Notes under the pieces: generated by a model | Databases searched by the model: none | Told to the model about the DNA's origin: nothing | The model's input: only the letters and a program-made list of their open reading frames with translations | Made by a program: the position numbers and the translations under genes | From: an uncultured Verrucomicrobiae bacterium | GTDB taxonomy: Bacteria; Verrucomicrobiota; Verrucomicrobiia; Limisphaerales; JAFGQR01 | Reading direction: 5' to 3' | Assembly (NCBI GenBank): GCA_963788655.1 | Contig: CAWBHS010000057.1 | Span: 64,001 to 128,000 of the forward strand | Length of the DNA stretch: 64,000 nt | In this document: in pieces, positions 56,407 to 64,000 of the stretch | Layout: every line of letters begins with the position of its first letter | How positions within the stretch are numbered: the stretch's first letter is position 1

Positions 56407-58143
56407 CTAGAACCTCAGCTCAGCCGCGCATTCGAGCATCAGGGCATGCACAAAGGCTTGCGGCAGGTTCCCGCGCAATTCTCTTTGGACCACATCATAT
56501 TCTTCGGCGAACAGCCCGGGCGGGCCGCACGCCGTCCGGGCCCGTTCGAACCAGCGGGCCGCCTCCGTCCATCGTCCGAGTTGCGCATACGCCAGCGCCA
56601 TCCAATATCCGCAGATCGTGAAGGCACCCTCGCTTTCACTGAGCGGCAGGCTGGAACGGAACCGATAACAATACCCGTCCTGAACCAGCTCCTGCTCGAT
56701 GGCGCGAAGGGTCGCCAGGTGACGCGGATCCTGCGGTTCAACTGCTCCTCGCAAGGCCGGTAACAACAGCGAGGCATCCACGCGTTCATCCTCCGCTGAA
56801 CGCTGCCAGCGCCCGGTCGGATGCAATGCATGGGCGTCCGTCTCCGCCACGATGGCGTCCGCCAGAGCCGTCCAGCGGGCGGCAACCGGCGGTGGCGCTG
56901 CCCCCTTGGCGAGGCTACGTAGGCCCGCCACACAAATCAGGCGGCTATGGGTCCAGCAGCGGTCCTCAACTTCCCAAATGCCGGAGCCCGGTTCATGCCA
57001 CCGCTGCTCGATGGCGGCAACAGCAAGCTCCGCCGCCCGCCAATCTTCCGCGTCGAAACAGCCGGCTCGGGCGGCGGCGGCAAATAGCAACAACGCTTCC
57101 GCCAGCGCATCGAGTTGAAATTGTTTTCCCGCCCGGTTGCCAATGATCACCTGGTCGCCTCCCGCATAACCAAGCAGATGATCCAGCTTGGATTCATCTG
57201 GCACTTTGCCACCGGCGGTGGTGTACGCCGGCCGCAAGTGGGGCCCATCCTCCAGTAGCCGCGCACGGACGAACTGAACGAACTGGCGCAGTAGCGGCTT
57301 TGCTCCCACTGCTGCAGCGGCCTGACCGGCGTAGCATTGATCGCGAATCCACACATAGCGGTAATCGTAATTCCGGCCGGAGTTGGCGCGCTCAGGCAGC
57401 GAGGTCGTGGCCGCCGCCACCAATCCGCCCCTGGAGGTCGTCAGTCCGCGCAGCACGGCGCAGGCATGTCTCGCGTCGCGTTCGGCTACACTGATGCGCA
57501 GATCGGTAACCGCTTCCTGCCAGCCCTTTTCGGTTCTGGCCCACAACGCCCCAGCGTCCGGTGGCGGGTCATGAAAAGGTTGCCGGGACATTTCCAGCAC
57601 GAGGTCGTAGCATTGCCCTTCATTGACGTTCAACTCGAGTGCCAGTCCGCCTTCCTTCCGCTTTCGGGCATGGTCCCCACCGTTCCAACGCACGTGAAAC
57701 GCGCCGGTGCGCGCCGTCCAAATCCCGTGATCGCAATGCTGCAGATGCCGCAGCGGTTGGCGGCCAAAGTCCGCCCGTGGATCCAGCGCCACGCGAACGT
57801 GGGCCTGTCCTTTTCGCGCGAGCACCCGCCGCAACAGGATGACGCGTTCGGGATCAGCCGGAAACGCCAACGCTTCCCGGCACTCGATTTCTCCTCCGCC
57901 AACCAACACCCACCGGCTTCGCCAGATGAGCGATCCCGCCTCGTAATAGCCGCCCCAAACGAATTCCTCGATGGGCGTCACGGCATAAGCGCCGGCGCCG
58001 CCCAGCAGCGACGTGAAGACCGCCTCGCCGTCCCAGGACGGGAGGCACATCCACACCATCTCCCCTGCCGGACCGACCAGCGCACCACGCTCCCCGTCCG
58101 CAATCAATGCGAACAGTCTAAGAATCGGCAGCATGAGGATCAC
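56407..58143 (-). CDS. Glycoside hydrolase family 15 (glucoamylase/trehalase-like)
   Basis: Motifs AAATTSLPE, RNYDYRYVWIRD, GIWE and GNLPQAFVH. Confidence 0.92.
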   Translation of the reverse strand: MILMLPILRLFALIADGERGALVGPAGEMVWMCLPSWDGEAVFTSLLGGAGAYAVTPIEEFVWGGYYEAGSLIWRSRWVLVGGGEIECREALAFPADPERVILLRRVLARKGQAHVRVALDPRADFGRQPLRHLQHCDHGIWTARTGAFHVRWNGGDHARKRKEGGLALELNVNEGQCYDLVLEMSRQPFHDPPPDAGALWARTEKGWQEAVTDLRISVAERDARHACAVLRGLTTSRGGLVAAATTSLPERANSGRNYDYRYVWIRDQCYAGQAAAAVGAKPLLRQFVQFVRARLLEDGPHLRPAYTTAGGKVPDESKLDHLLGYAGGDQVIIGNRAGKQFQLDALAEALLLFAAAARAGCFDAEDWRAAELAVAAIEQRWHEPGSGIWEVEDRCWTHSRLICVAGLRSLAKGAAPPPVAARWTALADAIVAETDAHALHPTGRWQRSAEDERVDASLLLPALRGAVEPQDPRHLATLRAIEQELVQDGYCYRFRSSLPLSESEGAFTICGYWMALAYAQLGRWTEAARWFERARTACGPPGLFAEEYDVVQRELRGNLPQAFVHALMLECAAELRF

Positions 58144-58592
58144 CTGTGGCGGCAGACGGCTCGTCGCGCGAGAAGCGCTGCCAGTCGGAAGATAGATTTT
58201 TCTTTGTCATCAAAAATACTTTCCCATTCGTCCGCGGATGCAAGACCGCAGGTTTTACGCCGACCTTGTTGAAGTCGTGCCTTCGCGCGCTGCAGGTTCG
58301 CGCATCCTTGCCGGGACTTCCGCTTCGCGAGTCTTTTGGTCAAGCCGAGCGTTTCTGGGATCATCACCGAGAGAGACAAGTCCCTCTGAAGCTATCCTCG
58401 CACCTTCACTGCAATTTGCCTGATTCCCAGCCTGGTCCGGGTTGCAGATTGCCATGATGCTCGCCCGCCAGTGCGCCGGGGCGGATTGCTCCGGCTCTTC
58501 AATCCGCGAATTTTCGCGGCGAACTGAAGGCGAGAACGCACAATTCATAGGCCGCAGCCCGATGGCATGCAGCAGGCTAACTGAGACGACCA

Positions 58593-59562
58593 ATGGCACG
58601 AAACCATCGAGAAGAGCTGGTTCACTTTCTGAGTGATCTTTATTCGATTGAACTGCAGGCCCTCGCGCAACTGGTCACCGCGCCCGACATGGCCGGCGAT
58701 CCAGGCGTGGCTGCGGATTTCCGCATCCACTGCGCCGAGACTGAACGGCAGGCCGAACAGGTCCGGGCGCGTCTTGAAGCTCTGGGCGGTTCGCCGTCGA
58801 AGATCAAGGACGCCGTGATGCAACTCGGCGGCAAGGGCTTTCTGCTGTTTGCCCAGCTCCAAAACCAAACTCCCGGGCGGCTGGTGGCCCATGCTTACTG
58901 GTACGAAGCGATGGAATGGGCCGGATACGCAGTTCTGGCTCGCACGGCGGAACTGGCCGACGATCCGGAGACGGTCGAGGTTGCCCGGTCCATCCAGGCC
59001 GAGGAACGCACGATGATGGAGCGGTTGGAGCGGGACTTCGACGCCGTCGAGACTGCGGCCCTTGGCGATGTGGCGCCCAGCGATTTGCCCACTCACATCC
59101 GGAACCATTTGGCGGCCGGCCACGCGTTAAACGTCCAGAGCGCCAAGCTCCTTCAGAAGGGAGCCGATGGGACCGCAAGCACCGAGCTGGCTCAGCTCTT
59201 CAAGCAACCCGCGCTGGACACCGCTCATCAACTCACCCGGATCGAGGAGCGTCTCGACAGGCTCGGCGCCAGCAGGTCGGCGATTGAGGACGCCGCCATG
59301 AAGCTCGGCGCGCTGAACTGGAGCGCGTTCTTCCGCGCACAGCGTGACACACCCTTCAAGTATCTTGCTTTCAGCTACGCGGTCGAACATCTGGTCATTG
59401 CCGGATTTCGAGCTCCTGCAGCGGACCGCGCAGCGGGCGGGTGACACGGCCACGGCAGGACTGTGCCAACAGCTCATCGCCGGTAAACGGTCCATCGCCC
59501 AGCAATTGGCCGACGGCGTGGACTTGGCCGTCAGGACAACGCTCGTCGAATTGCAGACTTAA
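58593..59562 (+). CDS. Tandem DUF892 (YciE/YciF ferritin-like) protein; frameshift at ~59405
   Basis: Two similar helical-bundle repeats (RLEALGGSPSKIKD and RLDRLGASRSAIED). Confidence 0.8.
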
Positions 59563-59679
59563 TCCGCCATTTTGCCACGTCCCGCCAACGCGTGCGAAGC
59601 GCGGGCGGCTGCTCAAATTGCACATTGTTCGACAGCTGCTCCTTCGAAAACGACAGATCACAACACCGACAGGCCAGAA

Positions 59680-60273
59680 ATGAGAAGAGTATTCATCATC
59701 GCTGGATTGGTTCTGCTGACGGCAACGCCGGTCTTTGCCTTGGGTGATACGCCTGACGCTCGAGACTATCCTGGACCGGCGTGGTCGCCCTACGTGGTCG
59801 GTGGCCTGATTGGAGTTTTGACTTGGTTCACCCTGCTGTTCTCGAGCAAACCCATAGGTGCTTCGTCGGCATTCGCGACGGCCGCCGGATTGATCGGGAG
59901 AGCGGTGGCTCCCCGATACACAAAGAGGCTGAAGTATTACCAGGACAACCCGCCAAAGTTGGACTGGGGGCTAGTCTTTATTGGAGCCACGGTGGTGGGA
60001 GCTTTTCTGGCAGCGTGGCATGGGGGCGAACTTACCCAACGGTGGCTCCCGTCGTTTTGGGAAGACCGTTTTGGTGAAGGCAGCATCCGGTTGCGCGCCA
60101 GCGTGGCCTTCCTGGGCGGCGCCCTAATGGCCTTGGGCGCGCGCATGGCTGGCGGCTGCACCAGCGGCCACGGCATCAGCGGAACGCTGCAACTGAACGT
60201 CGCCTCCTGGATTGCTCTGCTCTGCTTCTTCGCGGGCGGCGCACTCGTCGCCAACCTCATGTATCGACTCTAA
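59680..60273 (+). CDS. YeeE/YedE thiosulfate-transporter family protein
   Basis: Motifs WSPYVVG, PIGAS and GARMAGGCTSGHGISG. Confidence 0.9.
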   Translation: MRRVFIIAGLVLLTATPVFALGDTPDARDYPGPAWSPYVVGGLIGVLTWFTLLFSSKPIGASSAFATAAGLIGRAVAPRYTKRLKYYQDNPPKLDWGLVFIGATVVGAFLAAWHGGELTQRWLPSFWEDRFGEGSIRLRASVAFLGGALMALGARMAGGCTSGHGISGTLQLNVASWIALLCFFAGGALVANLMYRL

Positions 60274-60276
60274 ACG

Positions 60277-60870
60277 ATGAGGGACAAGCGTATGCCTGAA
60301 AACCAGAACTCATCCCCACCGCGAAATCGGCCGTCTGCCTGGCGAACCTACGGCTTGGCGGTACTGTTCGGTCTGGTGTTTGGGTTCCTGCTGCAAAAGG
60401 GCGGGGTGGCGAAATACCACGTGCTGGTCGGCGTTTTGTTATTCCAGGATTTCACTGTCATCAAAGTCATGCTCTCGGCCATCGTCGTCGGGATGCTCGG
60501 CGTCTTTGCATTGCGGAGCCTGGGCCTGGTGGAATTGAAAGTCAAAACCACCCGGCTGGGAGAGCAGATTCTGGGCGGTTTGATCTTCGGATTTGGCTTT
60601 GCCGCCAGCGGCTATTGCCCGGGCACTGGGGCAGCCGCCTTGGGTCAAAATAACTGGGATGCCATCTTTACCATACTCGGCATGATAGCCGGTTCGTACG
60701 GATTTGCCATGGTTTCCGCCGCATTGTCCCGCACGGTCCACCATTGGGGAAACCGCGGCCCGCTTCGATTGCCGGACTTGTTTCACGTCCGGCTGACGCC
60801 CTTTGTGATCGTGTTCGGGCTGTTGTTGATCGGCGGGCTTTGGCTGCTCGAGTATCTCACAGTCCGCTAA
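60277..60870 (+). CDS. YeeE/YedE family partner protein
   Basis: Motifs FGFLLQKGG and GGLIFGFGFAASGYCPGT. Confidence 0.88.
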   Translation: MRDKRMPENQNSSPPRNRPSAWRTYGLAVLFGLVFGFLLQKGGVAKYHVLVGVLLFQDFTVIKVMLSAIVVGMLGVFALRSLGLVELKVKTTRLGEQILGGLIFGFGFAASGYCPGTGAAALGQNNWDAIFTILGMIAGSYGFAMVSAALSRTVHHWGNRGPLRLPDLFHVRLTPFVIVFGLLLIGGLWLLEYLTVR

Positions 60871-60919
60871 CTTTGTTCGCTCGATACATCCACGCGATGA
60901 GTCATCGGAACTGCATTCA

Positions 60920-61939
60920 TCATCCGTGGCGCGATGGAGCATGATCAATCTCCAGGGGCTTCTTAAAGGTGAGGGTGCGATACGGGAACGGAATCTCTAT
61001 GCCCGCCTCATCCAGTGCCCGTTTGACCACGGTAACCACTTCATCTTTGGACTGCCGGATGTCCACTGGCCGAGGGCCCGTCCACCAGGTCACCTCGAAA
61101 TTGATGCTGCTATCGGCAAATTCGCAGGCAAATACTTGAATCGGCTTTTCATCCGACACGGTTTCGCAGGCTTTCACCGCCTTTTCGATGACGGCGCGAG
61201 ATTGATCCACGTCCTCGCCGTAAGCCACCCCGGCAATGATCGTCGCGCGCCGCAGCTTCTCGTCAGTCAGGATCTGAACCGGATTCTTGAAGATGGTGGA
61301 GTTGGGCACCACCACCAGCTCTCCGGATGTCCGGCGAATAAACGTATTCCGAATGGTGACCTCGACCAGGCTTCCCTCGATGTCCTGGCAACAGATGTAA
61401 TCGCCGTTCTCAAACGGGAACCGCCACAAGATCAGGATGCCGGCGAAGAAATTCTCGAAGATATCCTTGAAGGCAAAACCAATGGCGACGGAGCCCAGCC
61501 CCAAACCCGCCAGTGCTTTGCTCGGCGTCAAATTCGGGAAGATGATGGTGAGCGTGGTCAAAATTCCCAACAACCAGATCAGGATGATCAAGAACCGCGA
61601 GATCAGTGTCCGTTGGGATTGCTTAAGCCGAAAGTGCTTGAGCAATCCTCCAGCGAATCTCGAGCACAATTTGGCCACCCCAATGGTCAGGACAAGAATG
61701 ATAATGCCGCCAACGATCCTTGGGACATCGCTCAGGAAACCGTTCCACAGGTGGATCACCGAGTCCCAGATTTTTTGGAAAGAACTCTGACCCGATTGAC
61801 TGCCCGTGTCGGCAGCCGCAGCCAGAATAGTGTTCATAAAGGCCATCGAAGGGCAGACGCCTGCACCAATTGGCTGCCGGCTTTCGTGAGCGGCCGTGGC
61901 CTCGGTCGTTGTCGTGGTCGCCTGTTCCCTTGCCGTCAT
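60920..61939 (-). CDS. MscS small-conductance mechanosensitive channel
   Basis: Motifs AIGFAFKDIFENFFAG, PF..GD, VPNS and GIEIPFP. The start is inferred from the ATGA overlap with the upstream stop. Confidence 0.9.
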   Translation of the reverse strand: MTAREQATTTTTEATAAHESRQPIGAGVCPSMAFMNTILAAAADTGSQSGQSSFQKIWDSVIHLWNGFLSDVPRIVGGIIILVLTIGVAKLCSRFAGGLLKHFRLKQSQRTLISRFLIILIWLLGILTTLTIIFPNLTPSKALAGLGLGSVAIGFAFKDIFENFFAGILILWRFPFENGDYICCQDIEGSLVEVTIRNTFIRRTSGELVVVPNSTIFKNPVQILTDEKLRRATIIAGVAYGEDVDQSRAVIEKAVKACETVSDEKPIQVFACEFADSSINFEVTWWTGPRPVDIRQSKDEVVTVVKRALDEAGIEIPFPYRTLTFKKPLEIDHAPSRHG

Positions 61940-63334
61940 TGTTTGGGTTTCTCCAAAGGGTACCCGGCGCACTTCCAGGCTTGCATGCTCCCGGGAACAT
62001 TGCAGACGCGTTCGAAGCCTTCCTGTTGCAAAATGCTGGCGGCAATGCTCGCGCGGAAACCGCTGCCGCAGTAGGTGACTACCGGTTCGGCGCGATTCAG
62101 ATCCTTCGCCTGTTTCCGCAGGTCCGGCACGAAGATATGCCGGGCGCCGGGAATATGCCCCGTCGCCCATTCACTGGGGGTGCGCACGTCGAGCACCTGC
62201 ACGTTGGCGCCGAGGCGCTTCAATTCATGCACGCTCATTTGCGGCGTCTCCACAAAGGGCAGGCCCGCGGTCTCCCAGGCGTTCATGCCGCCGGCAAGAT
62301 AACCGGCAAAATTCGTAAAGGCGGTGCGCCACAGCAAGGTCACAACGGGTTCCAGCCGGTCATCGCTGTCGAGCACGAGCAGTATCGAATCACTAAATTC
62401 GAGCAGGCGTCCCGCCCACACGGAAAGTTCGGGGCGTGCGGCAATGTTCAACGCGCCGTCAATATGCCCGCCGCCGAAGCTCAACATGTCCCGCGTATCG
62501 AGCAACACGTGCTGTCCGCTTTCCACCGCTTGCTGGAATGCCTTTGCCGGCAGTGCGGGAATGGGCGGTAATCCCCCGAATGTCTTGGATCCTGCCGCAT
62601 TGACCTGTTTCATCGGCCGGTAATGCCGTGGCTCGGGCGGCGCGGTGGCCAGCACTTTTTGCGTAAACTGCTTTCGGTCGCTTATTCCCAAGTAGGGATT
62701 GAACTGCTTTTCATACCCAATCGTGCTGCTCTTGCGGTCCCCAATGTCCGGGCCGCACGCGGAGCCGGCGCCGTGTCCGGGATACAGAATGACGCCGTCG
62801 TCGAGCTGCCAGTAAAATTCGCGGATGCTTTTGAAGAGTTGTCCCGCCAGTTCTTCGGTCTCGTCTTCGCCCAGCAAATCCGGACGCCCCACGGAATCGA
62901 CGAACACCGTGTCACCCGAAAAGACGCCAAAGGACTTCTTACGCCGGGCTTCGGCGATGAGAAAGGAAATGTGCTCCGGTGTATGACCGGGCGTATGCCG
63001 GGCCGTCAGCACCACGTCGCCCAACTCAAAGGTCTGGCCGTCGGTTACCTTTTCAGTAGCGAAGCCGGTACTGGGCGCCGCCCGCATGGCTAACGCAAAT
63101 GGGGATCTCGCCCAGACGGTGACTTAACTCGCGCGCCCCGCTCATGAAGTCGGCGTGGATATGAGTTTCGAAAATTTGCGTGATGGCCACGCGATGTTGG
63201 CGGGCCAGTTGAAGGTAGATATTGCAGTCCGGCCGGGGATCGATAACCACCGCCGTGCCCGCCCTGCTGTCGCCCACCAGATAGGACAGTTGGGCGATGC
63301 CTTCGGTATGGACGCGTTCGAAGATCAATGACAT
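61936..63334 (-). CDS. MBL-fold hydrolase fused to two rhodanese domains (persulfide dioxygenase/sulfurtransferase-like); frameshift at ~63075
   Basis: Motifs THIHADF, TPGHTPEH, GRPDL, PGHGAGSAC, DTR..F..GHI.GA and YCGSGFRA. Confidence 0.9.
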
Positions 63335-63340
63335 GACCGT

Positions 63341-63676
63341 TTAGCTTCGTTTGGATTTCTCGTTGTTCTTTTGGCTGCGGCGGTGCGGCGATCCATCGTG
63401 GCCCCGCACAAGCTTGCGATATTGCTCCTTGGTGGCCATGATCTTTTGCTTCTGTGGCGCCGGCAGGTTGCGGCCCGCGCGGTTCTGATAAAAGTTCAGC
63501 ATCGAGATGCCCGAGGAAAGCACGCTGCCCTTTTTGCGCTTCGACGATTTGACGGATCGCAGGAGCGACTGGGCGATGGCGTGCGGTGATTTCTTTTGGA
63601 ACAGCCCCGGCTCAAGATCCAGTGCGTCGCTGGAGGATTGAGCTTGGCGCACCCAATTTGTGTTCTTGGTTGGCAT
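63341..63676 (-). CDS. DUF3175 family protein
   Basis: SDALDLEPGLF..IAQSL..SMLNFYQNRAGRNL. Confidence 0.8.
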   Translation of the reverse strand: MPTKNTNWVRQAQSSSDALDLEPGLFQKKSPHAIAQSLLRSVKSSKRKKGSVLSSGISMLNFYQNRAGRNLPAPQKQKIMATKEQYRKLVRGHDGSPHRRSQKNNEKSKRS

Positions 63677-63793
63677 CGCGTGCGAATGACCGTTGGGTTC
63701 GTTGGTCCGCAGTATTCGTCTTCGCCGCCCTTCCCTCCGAAGACATTGGCAGCAACCGGGGAAACTCCCGGAAGCGGCCCGCGCGGGAAGAAT

Positions 63794-63857
63794 GCCGCCC
63801 CACCTTCACACCCGCGGCTGGGGCGGGGGTCAATCGGGGCGGCTTTCCCAGCCGCGG
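63794..63857 (-). ncRNA. Candidate structured intergenic RNA (H-type pseudoknot)
   Basis: Interleaved perfect helices of 11 bp and 8 bp; not assigned to any family. Confidence 0.3.
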
Positions 63858-63870
63858 CGCGGCCCATTCA

Positions 63871-64000
63871 TCAACGGTTTTGGATGGTCACATCGTCCTG
63901 CACTCGTTTGACCCCTTTGATGTCCTGAATCTTTTCTTTGAGGTTTTGCAGGGCGGCTTGGGAGTCGGCCTTGCCGTAGAGCTGCACGACGCCATTATCC
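63871..64000 (-). CDS. BON-domain protein, 3' end only
   Basis: DNGVVQLYGKADSQAALQNLKEKIQDIKGVKRVQDDVTIQNR*. Confidence 0.75.
   Translation of the reverse strand, partial: DNGVVQLYGKADSQAALQNLKEKIQDIKGVKRVQDDVTIQNR

Overview
This GC-rich bacterial window is most likely from Verrucomicrobiota (Pedosphaerales/Limisphaerales-like), inferred from protein architectures and repeat types. Many genes are split by single-base indels that look like long-read sequencing errors. It has two parts. (1) About 1-47.8 kb is a cell-surface region with five large secreted lamin-tail-domain (LTD) proteins. Four of them carry a CotH kinase domain, and four lie in one tandem minus-strand array. This part also holds an atypical Ser/Thr kinase, a TPR protein, a GloVer-type repeat/Ig protein, an orphan secreted Pro-rich/coiled-coil protein, a cupin, a DUF6797-like/LamG/propeller/penta-heme protein, a sulfatase, cinA and a ferredoxin, with REP-like palindromes between genes. 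(2) About 47.9-64 kb is a general-stress block: a Mn-catalase remnant, topoisomerase IB, two SDRs, a CYP152, a CPA1 antiporter, AI-2E, GH15, a tandem DUF892, a YeeE/YedE pair, MscS, an MBL-rhodanese, DUF3175 and a BON protein. The most notable observations are a shared ~70-aa C-terminal 'F(Y/F)R' module on the secreted proteins (candidate lineage-specific sorting signal), nested domain insertions, a ~1.1-kb near-identical cassette shared by two CotH paralogs, a clean intergenic pseudoknot and sigma54-like promoters in the stress block. No rRNA, tRNA, CRISPR array, transposase or integrase was seen. All domain calls come from reading motifs by eye, not from database searches.
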